Source: the human T2T-CHM13v2.0 reference genome, Homo sapiens. Taken from it: a DNA stretch of 64,000 nucleotides. Below are positions 1 to 12,908 of the stretch, in pieces (the first letter of the stretch is position 1; the number at the start of each line of letters is the position of its first letter). Position numbers and translations under genes: made by a program. A model generated the notes under the pieces. It searched no databases and was not told where the DNA came from. It was given only the letters and a program-made list of their open reading frames with translations. The stretch is taken from NCBI RefSeq assembly GCF_009914755.1, contig NC_060944.1; one strand, 5' to 3'.

Positions 1-19
1 CTTTTTTGGATAGCAGACT

Positions 20-230
20 CTTATGGTGCAATCTGAGTTTGAGATCTTGCTCTCTTACTTTCTCAATGTGTGACCTTACTGTCTCCAGCCCTCAATTTTC
101 TCCCTATAAGATGGATGTAGTAATGATACACACCTCAAAGGGGTTATCATAAAAATTGAAAGGCATAAATATATGGAAAGTGCTTAGAACAGTACCTGGA
201 AAAAAACTCAGTAACTGTTAGAAACTATAA
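20..230 (+). mobile_element. MIR SINE
   Basis: gtgtgacctt...ggttatcataaaaattgaa...aaagtgcttagaacagtacctgg core. Confidence 0.75.
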
Positions 231-441
231 TGAAAGCTATAGATGTCCTCACTAGAAAAATGAACTCATTCACATTCAGACTTTGAAACAGAATAATAGG
301 AGAGTTGAGGCTGTCCCTTAAGCCCAGGGTGGGCTGGTTCTTGCTGTTAAGGCATAATAAAAGCATGGCAGGTCCTGTGCTGGCTCCAAAGCTCTGAGAA
401 TGCTCAAGGCTGACACACAGCATCCCCTCACCTCACCACAA

Positions 442-1117
442 TCAACAGTCCTGAGGGGGCCTCTGCCAGACGGTGGCAAACTGACGTATAGTTGTTCCAG
501 CTTCCACACTAATTTGCCCGGTGATGGGATCCAGGGAGTGCAGGGACAGCGCTGAATGGCACCCGCTGTGGGATGAAGCCAGTCCTCCACCTGGAGCTGT
601 GTCCTTGCATGGCAGCTGCCTCCACGTGTGGAGATTCAGGCGGGACAGCCCATGGCAGCAGAGCTGAGACGGGGGCAGCTGGGAGAGTGTCTCTTCAAAT
701 TCATTCATCTCTTCCACCTTCAGGGAGTGTTTGTCATTTGCTGGAGCACAGCTGGCCTCCCCAGAGGTACATGGTTTTTGAGAACCAGGGGCAGTCATGC
801 ACCAGACAGGGGAGTCATGCACTAGACAGGGGTAGAGATGCAGTCCTTGGGGTAGGTGCACCAACCTTCTCCACATGCAGCTTGGAGCACTGGGCATGAG
901 CAGATGCCTGCTGGTGCCCGCACTGCCAGGAGACGTGTGTCTGATGTTCCCTGGCACTGGGGGAACTGCTGGGGGGAGGGGGCCTCTTGGTACTCCCCAC
1001 AGCCAGGCCTCACAGGAATCTGACTAAGGGCCTTGCATTGGGCACTGTCCAGGGGCCAGGTACCAGAGGACCTGCTGCCCAACTGCAAGAGGGGCTGGGG
1101 GGAGCTTTGGGATTTGC
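442..1117 (-). pseudogene. Terminal exon remnant: FN3-like segment plus C-terminal CTLD-like segment
   Basis: Acceptor ctattttgctcttcacag|G. GC-rich and non-repetitive. ORFs 822..1130 and 442..957 fuse if the 20-bp tandem duplication at 793-832 is collapsed. Motifs: CGEGWCTYPKDC, EEMNEF, HGLSR...TW, LDPITG...RQF..V(W)QRP*. Confidence 0.65.
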
Positions 1118-1317
1118 CTGTGAAGAGCAAAATAGTATCTTAACTTCTTACTGTTTCTCCAGCAGGAAGACAATCCAGATTCCTTACTGTTTCCTGATGC
1201 TTTCTTCACGTTGGAAAAGTAGGGATCAGACAAACCTTACCATCTTGGAATCATTTTTTCTAAATGGGGATCATCATTCTTGTTCTATCTGGCCTTAGGG
1301 GGTTCCTATAAAAGTCA

Positions 1318-2323
1318 TTGACTTCCAAATTCACTCAAGTTTTTGGCAGAATTCATTTCCTTGCAGCCATAAAACAAGACTGTTGGCAGGAGGCCACCCT
1401 CAGTGCCCAGAGGAGTTCCTTGCCCTGTGTCCCTCTCCACAGGCCATGTTGCACAGCACAGAAGCTTGCTTCCCCAAAATCAGCAAAGGAGAAAAAGGAC
1501 AAGTCTAATTGTTACAGGAAAGGGGTCTGGATCCAGACCTCAAGAGAGCGTTCTTGAATCTCGCGCAAGAAAGAATTCAGGGAGAGTCCACAGTACAAAG
1601 CAAAAGCAAGTTTATTAAGAAAGTAAAGTAATAAAAGAATGGCTATTCAATAGACAGGGCAGCCCTGAGGGCTGCTGGTTGCCCATTTTTATGGTTATTT
1701 CTGGATGATATGCTAAACAAGGGGTGGACTCTTCATACCTCCCCTTTTTAGGCCATATAGGGTAACTTCCTGACATTGCCATGACATTTGTACACTGTCG
1801 TGGCACTGGTGGGAGTGTAGCAGTGAGGACGACCAGAGGTCACTTTCGTGGTCATCTTGATTTTGGTGGGTTTTGGCCAGTTTCCTTACTACAACCTATT
1901 TTATCAGCAAGGTCTTTATGAGATGTATCTTGTGCCGACTTCCTATCTCATTCTATGACTTAGAATGCCTTAACCATCTGGGAATGCAGCCCAGTAGGTC
2001 TCAGCCTTATTTTTCCTAGCTCCTGTTCAACATGCAGTCACTTTGGTTTTCAAATGCCTCTGACATATTTTGTCAATTATACTTCAGTAAAGCTAAATAA
2101 AATAAAATGAAATTTTAAATTTCAAAAAAATTAAAAAGCCTGCAAGCAAGACAGAGTTTTAGATAATATAACATCACAGGAGTGAAGTATCATCACTTTG
2201 TCATATGGTGTTGATGAGGAGCGAGTCACAGGCCCCATCTACGTTCAAGAAGGGGGACTTAAACAAAGGCACAAATACTAGGAGGTGGGAATCATGAGGC
2301 CAACTTAAAGTCTGTTCATCACA
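1318..2323 (-). mobile_element. ERVL-MaLR (MLT1-type) LTR, split by a small L1 3' fragment and MER41A
   Basis: Pieces at about 1318-1490 (ttggcagaattcatttccttgcag) and about 2135-2323, ending ...catcaca. Confidence 0.65.
1510..2065 (-). mobile_element. MER41A solo LTR (ERV1)
   Basis: TG...CA ends. Reverse complement starts TGTCAGAGGCATTTGAA. 556 bp. Lacks the MER41B tandem GAS segment. Confidence 0.9.
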
Positions 2324-3919
2324 GAGGACACAAAGAAAGGGCCAACTTTGGGAACTATAGGGGTCAAAAGGAAGAAATCAGATACTCATGGTCTTAAGGC
2401 CCAGAAAAAGAAAAGATCAATGCACTTTGAAGTGCAGATTACAGAAAGAAATATCTTGTATGTGCAAACCTCTTAGAGTTTACGTTGCATCATTGCATGT
2501 CATTTAATATGCTCACACATCCTACAGTGGAGCTTCATTTGACAGGAGAAAAATTCTGAGAGGTTAAGAAACTTTTCCAAGATCACCAGCTGATTAATAA
2601 CTAAGCTAGAATTATTTTTCAGGACTTCCAATCCCAAAGCCCATGTACTTCTGTGGTTAGCTTTAAAAGGTAGATGAATGGAGAGTGACATCAGCAGAAA
2701 TGATGGTGTAAGGACCTCTAAAAATCCTCCCCTCCAGAAAAACAATGAGAACACTCAAAAAATATCCAAATAAACTTTTTTAGAACTGTAAACTTTTTTT
2801 TTTAAATCTTGCAACAATTTGGAGAGTCTTTATTCAAGAAAAAGATCTCGACCTCAGTAAGAAAACAGAGTGGTGTGGTGTTTTAATTTGTCCTATACTC
2901 ATTCTCCTTCCCCTAGATCCATGGTAGCCTTGAAAACCAACATCTTCACAGTCATAGTGAAAACCAGCATCTTAAAAGCCACTGGAGAGGGCAGAATGTG
3001 GTTAAAGTTCTTCTAAATTCCCATTATCATATGACTATCATGATTTGATCTTCCCTGGAAAATCAAAGTTTATCTTTATTCGACCAGACTCAGAGCTAAC
3101 TCAGTGCAAACAGCCTTTCATATTGGAGTATATGTTGGAAACAGTGGCAATTGCTTAACATTACAGCTCCCTGAAGTGGTGATAGTAGTTGGGTAAAACA
3201 GCAAGCTAATCAAAAACTTAAAACGAAAAGCTTGAGAATGAGATGCCCATGGGGCTTTGTAAAGGTCCAACATGTTCTTGGAAATCTAGACAGCCACGTA
3301 TGCATAGTGATGTGCATATGACCAGGAAAATCTGAGGTCTTAAACTCTCGCCTCTAAGTGACCTCGAGTCTCCACACAAGTAAGAAGTAAAGGGTAAGGC
3401 AAAGTTGTGAACTATCTGCTGTAGCATTAAAAATGTGCCCCAATGTGCACAAAGAGCTTCTTGGTATAACCTGTAGACTTATTTGTTTCAGACATTTAAG
3501 AAAATCTGTCTAACCATTAGCTGACCACTAAACGAATGGAGCAGAGATTTCAGTGGCTATGCACAACAGATACAGATTTTACAGAATTAGTTCATGAAAA
3601 GTCACTAAAAAAAGCAGTAACAACAGTAATGACAAACAATTACAGTAAAGCCTTGAAAGAAATAAAACTGATCTACAGTTACCACATTATAATATTCAAA
3701 ATGTCCAGGTTTTAGCAAAAAATTATAAAGCATGCGAAGAAACAAGAAAGTATGTTCTATTTACAAGAAAGGTAACAAAACAGTCCCTGAAGAAGCACAG
3801 ACCTTTAACTCACGAAAGATATTAAATTAACTGTCTTAAATATGCTTTAAAAACCAAAAGAAACCATAGGCAGATAAAGAAAACCAATAGAACAGAGTTG
3901 TTTTCTTCATCTCTTTTCA

Positions 3920-4150
<231 letters not shown>

Positions 4151-5671
4151 TCAAACAGAAAATCTGGAGCTTGAAGATTACAATAACTAAAATTTAAAAT
4201 TCATTAGAAGCTTTTCACAGAAAATCTGAGCACACATAGAAAGAATCAGTGGATTTGAAGATAAGTCAATTAAAATTATCCATTCTGAGGAGCCAAAAGA
4301 AAATGGAATTTTTAAAAAAGAAACAGAAACTAAGAGACCTGTGGGACACCATCTAGTAAAGAAATAAATAAATGATAGAAACTCCAGATAGAGAGAAAAC
4401 AGAAAAAGGAACAGAAAAAAAATTAAAAAAAAGATGAAGAACTTTTCAAATTTAATTAAAAATATTAATGCACACATCCAAGAAGCTCAGTGAACTCGAA
4501 GTAGGATAAACTCAAAGAAAGCCATACCTAACACATCATACTCAAACTGTCAAAAGCCAAGCCTTATAAATTGATCTCAAAACCAACAAGAGAGAATGAT
4601 TCATCACAACAAGATATCCTCAATAAGATTGATAGTCGATTTCTCATTAGAAACCACGGAAGCCAGGAGGCAGTGGGATAATGTATTCAAAATGTTTCAA
4701 GGCTGCTGGCCAAAAATTCTATACTCAGCAAAACTACTCTTCAAATATAAAGGAGAAATTAAGACATTTCTAGAGAAATAAAACTTAAAGAATTTGTGAC
4801 CAGAAGTAGATCCGTCCTACAAAACATACTAATACAAATCTTTACAGTTAAAATGAAAGAACACTAGACAACAACTTGAATCCATATAATGAAATAAAAA
4901 ACACCAGTAAAATTAATTACAGAGGGAAATATAAAAGCCAGCACATGTATATTTTTTGGCTGTAAACCTTTTTCTTCTCTCAACTTATTAATATCTTAAA
5001 GATAGATGCATAAAGCAGGAATCGTAAATCCGTGTTAGGCATAAACTTTATAAAGATGTAATTTGTACAAGAATGATAGCAAAAAGGTGAGAGAAGGAAA
5101 TGGAGATATATAGGAATAAATTTTTTGTAAACTATTAAAATAATTTTATATTACTCTAAACTAGATTGTTATTTGGTGTTCATTGCAATCCCATGCATGC
5201 ACACACATTCACAGAAATGTAGTAAAAGAAATGACATAGGAATAAAAATGTTACACTAAAAATACTTCAATACAAAAATGCAGTAGTTAAAAAGCAGACA
5301 TAAAAAAGACATATAGAAAACAAATAACAAAAGGACTTACATCAATACTACCTTCTCGATAAGTACATTAGCTATAGGTTGATTAAACATTCTAATCAAA
5401 AGGCACAGACAGGGAGAATGGTTTTTTTTTTTTTTAATGTGATCCAACTGTATGCTTTCTACAAGACACACACTTTAGGTTCAAAGACACAAATAGGCCA
5501 AAAGAAAATAATGAAAAATGGTATAATATTCAAACAATAACCAAAAAAGGGTTAAAGTGGCTATATTAATACAAGAAAAAATAGACTTTATGACAAAAAT
5601 TATTACTAGAGACAGAGGAAAACATTTTCTTATGATAAAATAATTAATCCACTAAAGATATACAACAATTC

Positions 5672-5970
5672 GGCCAGGTGTGGTGGCTCACGCCTGTAAT
5701 CCCAGCACTTTGGGAGGCTGAGGTAGGCTGATCAGTTGAGACCAGGAGTTTGAAACCAGCCTGGTCAGCATGGCACAATCCTATCTCTACTAAAAATACA
5801 AAAAAAAATACAAAAATTAGCCAGGCGTGGTGGCACATGCCTGTAATCCTAGCTACTAGGGAGGCTGAGACATGAGAATCACTTGAACCCAGAAGATAGA
5901 GGTTACAGTGAACCAAAATCACACCACTGCACTCCAGCCTTGGTGACATAGCATGATTCTGTCTCAAATA
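5672..5970 (+). mobile_element. Alu (J/S) inside L1
   Basis: Dimeric Alu, with TSD-like atacaacaatt / ataaaacaatt. Confidence 0.95.
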
Positions 5971-8900
5971 CATAAAACAATTATATATGCAACTAACAAC
6001 AGAGTCCCAAAATACATGAAGCAAAAACTGACACAATGGAAGGAAGAAACAGATGATTCAATAATAATTGGAGACTTCATTATCTCTCTTTCAACAATAC
6101 ATAGAACAACTAGACAGATCAGAAAGAAAATGGAAGACTTGAACAGCACTAGATACCAACTAGACCTAACAGAATACTCCACCCAAAAAGAGCAGAATAT
6201 ACATTCTTCTCAAACTCACATACAATATTCTTCAGAATAGACCACGTTAGATCCAAAAAATCTCAATATATTTAAAATAATTGAAGCTTCACAAGTATGT
6301 TCTCAATTACAGTGAAATAGAATTAGAAATCAGTAACTAAAGGCAATTTTGAAAATTTACAAATACGTGGAAACTGAAGAACACACTACCTAATAACCAA
6401 TCATTCAAAGAATAAATACAAAAGAAATTAGAAAGTGCTTTAAGGTGAATGAAAATGACACTACAACAGATCAAAACTTAAGAAATGCTGCTAAAATAGT
6501 GCTTTTGGGAAAACTATCTAGAAATGCCTATATTGAAAAAAAATCTCAAATCAATAATCTATTCTTCCACCAAAAGAAACTAGAAAAAAAGAAAACTAAA
6601 CTAAACCCAAAGCAAGAAGAAGGAAGGAAATAATTAAATTAAAGAAGAAATAAATGAAATAGAACATAGGAAAATAATACAGGAAATCAACAAAACCAAA
6701 AGTTGGTTTTTTGAGAAGTTCAACAAAATTGACAAACTTTTATTTAGAATAACGAAGAAGGAAGTAATATTCATGTTACTAAAATTAAGAATACAAGAAG
6801 GGACATTAATACACCTTACAGAAGTGAAAAGGATTATATGCCGATAAATTAGAGAATCTAAATGAAATGGACAAACTCCTAGAAAGAATCACACTATCAA
6901 AACTGACTTAAAAAATACATACAGAATTTGAACACATCTATAACAAAGAGATTGAACTACCTCCAAAGAAAAGCAGTAGCTTCACTGGTGAATTCTAGTC
7001 AATACTTAAAGAAGAATTAACATCAATCTTCCAAAAATTAAAGAGCAGATAATACTTCTCAAATCATCCTATGAGGCTGTGTTACCCTGATACTAAACTA
7101 GACAAAGCTATCATGACAAAACAAACTGCAGACTAATATTTCCTATGAATATAGATGCAAACATTTTCAATGAAATCCTAGCAAACAGAATCTATCAACA
7201 TAGAAAAAGGATTACACATCATGATCAAGTAGAATTTATCCCACAAATGCAAGACTGTGTGATATATGATCAATATACTAATGCAACTGTATTTCTAAAT
7301 AGTAGCAATGAACAATCCAAAAACAATTCAATTAATGATAGCAACAAAAACAATAAAATAATTAGGAATAAATTTAATAAAAGAAGTGCATGATTTGTAC
7401 ACTGAAAATGACAAAACATCACTGAAAGAAAATAAAGAAGACCTAAATAAATGAAAAGTATCCTGTGTTCATGGATTGAAAGATTTATGTTTCCTAAGAT
7501 GGCAGTACTCTCCAAATTGGTCTACAAATTCAATGCAATCTCTATCAAAAGCAAAGCTGGCTTTTTTTTTTTATAAAATATTAACAAACGAATCCTAAAA
7601 CTCTTATGAGATTGCAGAGGACCCAGAATAATCAAATCAATCAATAATCAAAACAATCTTGAAAAAAAAAAACAAAGTTGAAGGATTCACATTTCTTAAT
7701 TTCAAAACTTACTATAAAGCTACAGTAATCAAGACTGCAGTACTAGTACAAGAATAGACATATATATATATGGAATAGAACTGAGACACAAAAAATAACT
7801 ATAGGTATAGTCGAAAATTTTTCACAAGGATACCAAGACAATTAATGGGGCAAGGATCATCTTTTCAACAAATGGTATTGAAACAACTGAATATCCATGT
7901 GGAAAAGAATGAAATTGGATCCCTACCTCACATCATACATAAAAATTAACTCAAAATGGATCAGACACCTAAATATATGAGCTGAAACTCATAGAAGAAA
8001 CCTTAAATATAAATCTTATGACTGTGGATTAGATTTAGATGTAGATTTGTTTTTAGATATGACAACAAACATACAAACAACAAAAGATAAAAATAGATAA
8101 ATTTGGCTCTGAAGCACAAACCAAAATTGTTTGTGCTTCAAAGGATACTATAAAGAAGTGAGAAAGGAATACACAGAATGGGAGAAAATATTGCAAAATA
8201 TATATCAGGAAGGGACTTTTATCCAGAATATATAGATAATTATTACAATTCAATGATAAAAGACACCTCATTTTTTAAAACACGGCAAAGAATTTGAATA
8301 GATATATATACAAATGGCTAATAAGCACCTGAAAAGATGTTCAACATCATTAGTCATTAGATAAATGCAAATTAATACCACAATGAGATACCACTTTGCA
8401 CCCACTGGGATGGCTGTAATGAGAAAGACAGATGATAACAAGTGTTGACAGTGATGTGGAGAAATTGGAACACTCACACACTTCTGGTGGGAATGCAAAA
8501 TGGCACAGCTGCTATGGAGGAATGTCTGGAAATGCCTCAAAAGATTAATAGTAGCCAAAAAGTAGAAACAACCTAAATGTCTATCAATTGATGAATGGAT
8601 AAGCAATATTTGAAGTATTCATACAATGAAATGTTATTCAGTCATACAAATGAATGAAGTACTGATACATTCTACAACATGGGTAAAACTTGAAACTAAT
8701 GCTAACTGAAAAAAAGCCAGAAACCAAAGGTCACATATTGTATGGTTTTATGTATACGAAATGTCTAAGATTGGCAAATCCATAAAGACATAAAATAGAT
8801 TACTAATTGCCATGGACTTGGGGAAAGGGAGAATGCAAAATGACTGTTAATGAGAACAAAGTTTCCTTTTGGGATGATGAAAATATCTTGAATTAGATTG

Positions 8901-9058
8901 CAGTCAATGGCAATATGCTGAAAACCACTGTATTGAACACTTGAAGGGTGAATTTTATGGTATGTGAATTATATCTCGATAAAACGTTTGATGAACTAAT
9001 AAACTGGAAAGAATCTTAGACTGTGAGGAATATACAATCATACAATTACAAATGCTTG

Positions 9059-9199
9059 TTATTAGCATCAGGAACTTCTTTGAAATTACCAGTTAAATAT
9101 TTGCTTGCATAGACCACTTGTGGATAGAATTTTGTGTATTTATGATCTATGCAGGCAAATATTTAATTGGTAATTTGTAAAAGATCCTAGTGCTAATAA
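9059..9199. repeat. Inverted repeat / hairpin, arms about 57 bp
   Basis: ttattagcatcaggaacttctttgaaattaccagttaaatatttgcttgcataga pairs with tctatgcaggcaaatatttaattggtaatttgtaaaagatcctagtgctaataa. Confidence 0.9.
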
Positions 9200-9269
9200 T
9201 GGGCTGTGTGTCTAAGTGGCATGTGAGGGCAAATAGCTTTAATTTTTAAAAACTACTCAAGAAATACAT

Positions 9270-9855
9270 GTCTGTTGGAGTATAAAATGGTACAATCATT
9301 TTTTTGTCAATTTCTTATAAAATTAAACAATTTATATATGCCTTATGATCCAGAAATTTCCATAAATATTTACCCAAAAGAAATGAAGGATTATGTCCAC
9401 AAAAAGACTTGTACAAGAATATTCACAAAAACCTTAGGAAAAATAGCTTCAAACTGGAAATAATCCACAAGTCCAACAACAAGACCATAGGCAAAGAAAT
9501 TGATGGCATATTCATGCAGTAGAATATGATACAGCAGTAAACAATGAACTACTCATGACAATAAAATTTTATTTCATCAACATTATTTTGAATAAAAGAA
9601 GCCATATCTAATATAGTACACACTGTATGGGAACAAGCTATAATAATTTATGATGATGGAAGTCAGAAAGTGGTGGTCTCTGGGGGAGAAGGTAATTGAA
9701 TGGAAAGAAGCATAAGCTAACTTTCTGGAGTGAAAAAAAATGTTTTTATCTTATTTTAGGTAGTGGTAATGTGATTGTATAGAATAATCCAAACTTGCCA
9801 ACCAAGCGCCATGATCTAAGACTTTTTTATTGCATGAAATTTATATCTCAAAGCC
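9270..9855 (+). mobile_element. Older L1M(E/D) 3' fragment
   Basis: tatttacccaaaagaaatgaag...aaagacttgtacaagaatattcac...ttatatctcaaa. Confidence 0.75.
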
Positions 9856-10183
9856 AAAGTGTTACAAGATTATAACTTTTTTTAATCTCAGATAATTCTG
9901 ATGTGCAACCACATTTAGGAAACACTCATTTAAACTAAAAAATCTTTTTCCTTAAGGTCAAGAATAACTTGTGTAGGAATTTCTATTCATCAACAATTTT
10001 TTGTACTTCAAGGCTATAGTAGCAGGCTCTTGATAGAATCATCCTTAGCAGCCTAAGAAAACGCTGTTTTAAAGAATTAAGAGGTATATTTAATTTATTT
10101 TATAATTACAAATCCAGCTCTCTTCTAAATCTTTAATTTCAATCATCTGGCTCCTCAGGCAAAAGCCTGACTAAACTTTGTAC

Positions 10184-10759
10184 CTATGTGATTACTGTAA
10201 AATTTCTAATACAGACAGAGAATTCGGTTCCAAGATATGATTGATATTTTGGGGAGCACACTGTCACAGTCCTGTGTTATGACTATTGTAGGTGCACATA
10301 GAATAGAACATGAGGTTTATGTTTACAAGCTTGGCAGAAGAGAACATCAAAGTGTTTCAGATAAAGCTGAAGGTCACATTTACTTTACAGAGAAGCTGGT
10401 GGTACCATGTGTGTACAGAAAATCCCACTCTACATTAGAAAGCATCCAATGCCAGAAAAACCTTGTTACTAGAGGCTCACAGATGACCTCACACATCTCA
10501 AAGTTACCCTTAAAAGGGGAGAGATTGAAAAGTTGCTGATAAAAACACATCCCAGAGAGATGAGGACTACACACCAAGAGAATGCAAAGCCAACTCCAGA
10601 GCTCAAAGTGACAACCTGGACCAAGAACATTGACAAACTGAAATGCAGAACCCCCAAATTTAAGAAGGAAGATGCAACACTCCAGTAAACTGTGAGACAT
10701 TGACATTTGCTAATCCCAGAAGCAATTAACTAGACACTTCCACTCTTGGTTTTCCACCA
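10184..10759 (-). pseudogene. 576-nt exon remnant, possibly two FN3-like modules
   Basis: Long pyrimidine tract ccttctttctatttctttttttaag| and donor ATAG|gtacaa. Length is divisible by 3 (phase 1-1). Contains QQLFNLSPF, resembling FN3 L.NL.P. Confidence 0.45.
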
Positions 10760-11026
10760 CTTAAAAAAAGAAATAGAAAGAAGGTTCATGCATGAGTCCT
10801 TGGTATTGCAATCACTGAATCACATAAATTAATAAAGTTTGCAAAGATGGTGGTCATTTTTAAAAATAAAACTGTTAATACCTTTAATTGAGTGCATACC
10901 ATGTGGTAGGCACAGAGAAAGCCCTCAACATATGCTAGATATTATCATTGAAAGGGGTTTAGTGGGTGCATAGATGGTACTCAGTAGTATATTTCTTCTG
11001 CATTTTTCTTTTGTCCCTTCCTCTCC

Positions 11027-11478
11027 TGTGGTAAGATAAAATGGTCACAAATTCCTTGCAGCTGTTCCCATTAAATGGTAGAATCAATTCTGTTACAACT
11101 TAACCCTGATCTGGCCTTTTAACTTGCTTTGATGTCACACAGCTTCTGTGTTTAGATCTCAAGTGGTCTTTCAGTGGCTGCTCTTGGTCCTTTGGAATGC
11201 TGCTACCATGGGAAGAAGCCCAAGATAGTCTGTTGGAGACATGTGGCCCAGCTGCAAGCCAGCAATAACCAGCCAAAAATGCGAGAGAGGTCATCTTAGA
11301 CATTCCAGCCCCAGTTGAGCCTTAAGATGACTGCAGCCAACAGAGTGGCCTCAGGCAAGACCACCAGAAGAACCACTTGAACGAACACAGCCCAGATGGC
11401 TGGCCCACAGAATAACTGTTATCTTAGGCCACTAAGTTTTGGGGTGGTTTATTACGCAGCAATAGAAAACTAATAACA
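11027..11478 (+). mobile_element. MLT1-type LTR
   Basis: tgtggtaag...ccactaagttttggggtggtttattacgcagcaatag. Confidence 0.85.
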
Positions 11479-11500
11479 TTTCTCCTTCCTTGTTCAATAC

Positions 11501-11715
11501 CAAGTGAGTCACCAGATGATTCAAACTTATTAGAAAGAGTTGAGTTCTAAGAGTGAGGACAATGGGAGATGCCAGAATTTTCTGAAAGGAGAGATTCAAT
11601 TGCCTCATGACAGTTCTGGTAGAGCTCCTTCCACTGGGGGAATAGATGGATGCATTTGCTTAGTTGTCTTAACAACCAAGTTAAATTCCCAGCTCAGTAA
11701 CTTCCATCAATAACT
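11501..11715 (-). pseudogene. FN3-like exon remnant
   Basis: Acceptor aattgcag|. Mosaic NASIY-QWKELYQNCHE matches the motif in neighbouring exons. The 3' end is uncertain. Confidence 0.3.
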
Positions 11716-11939
11716 CTGCAATTGTGTATTATCCCAAATGAAAAACAAAATGCAAAACTGAATGGAAACCAATCAATTTAACCTCACCGATAGACATAAC
11801 ATATAGATAACAGCAGCTTAAAGAGCAAAATGTCAAAGTGCCTCTTAGCATCATAGAAAATTTGTACTGTGCAATTTTCATGTTAACCAATTAAAAACTC
11901 AAGCCCAATTATGCCTAAATCAATCAGTTGCCTGATCCA

Positions 11940-12180
11940 ATAATAACAATAGTCTCATTTATCAAGATTTACTATGTATCAGGCACCACCTAAATGGTTT
12001 ATATGTGATTACTCCTCCCAACTAACTATAAGATGAAGGTTCTTTTTTTGTCCATCTTAAAGATAGACAGGGAAACCAAGATGTCCATTTAACTTACCTC
12101 CCAAGCTCTTACAACTAATCACTGGCTTAAGTTAAATACAAACAATTAGATTCTTTAACTAGAGTTCTTGACCTCTTCTA
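11940..12180 (-). mobile_element. MIR
   Basis: tttactatgtatcaggcac...gggaaaccaag. Confidence 0.6.
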
Positions 12181-12191
12181 AATGCTTTGAC

Positions 12192-12396
12192 CTATGGATC
12201 CAGAACTGAGGCTTTCAGCTTATTGGGCAGTAAAAATAAAGCTCAGACTATACCCTCTATAGATGTGCTTGGAAAGATACTCAGGGGCAGCCCTTCTACC
12301 TTTGTCTGTTAAATACTCAAGCCTAAAGACAATCATTTTGCTCCACTATACAAATGGGTTGTTGATGAATCTCTGCCTCTAATACTCCTGACCTGG
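12192..12396 (-). pseudogene. FN3-like exon remnant
   Basis: Acceptor caacctctgtctctctag| and weak donor ATAG|gtcaaa. Mosaic DSSTT-ICI-WSKMIVFRLEY. Confidence 0.4.
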
Positions 12397-12908
12397 CTAG
12401 AGAGACAGAGGTTGAAACATGAAGGAGGAAGCCCTCAAAAAACAGTGTGCAAGCTCACAGGAGACCCACTCCACAAAATGAGACCCAAATCTACCCAGTG
12501 GATGCTCCTGGAGGCTCTGAGTAGATAATGATTTCCCTCTGGTCCTGGTTCTTTAAGAACTTGAGGGACACCACTTCCAGAGCAGTGGTTCTTAATCTTG
12601 GCTGAACATTAAAATTACCTAGGGATTTAACTGACTCAGTCTTTTTAATAATTCGTCATTAACATGTTCAACTTTCCACTCCAGGTGATGTCCTAGGCCA
12701 TAGTCTATGTATTGGTCGCCCATTCGTTGAGAACCTACTTTTGATATTATAAGCTCTGTCCTTGGATGTAAAGAAAAAATGTAGCAGAAAACATGGACAT
12801 CTCTTTATTTATGATATGTCCTAGAAGAGATGCACATTTGTGTAGCAGTAGCTGTGGGATTTATCAAGCAATGTATTCCTCAAAACCAGACAAGACCTGT
12901 CTTCTTAC

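Noticed and set aside
442-500. RQFATV as a C-terminal PDZ ligand of a receptor tail
   Set aside because: It is not at the terminus, no convincing transmembrane exon was found, and the segment fits a CTLD end better.
1510-2065. MER41 as an interferon-inducible STAT1 enhancer
   Set aside because: This copy is MER41A-type and lacks the tandem GAS segment found in MER41B.
10380-10706. Hydrophobic minus-strand ORFs resembling GPCR transmembrane helices
   Set aside because: The resemblance is loose, split across frames, expected from T-rich DNA, and has no seven-helix pattern.
10237-10770. Plus-strand processed pseudogene with an A-rich tail
   Set aside because: No recognisable parent protein or TSD. 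The A-rich stretch is better explained as the pyrimidine tract of a minus-strand acceptor.
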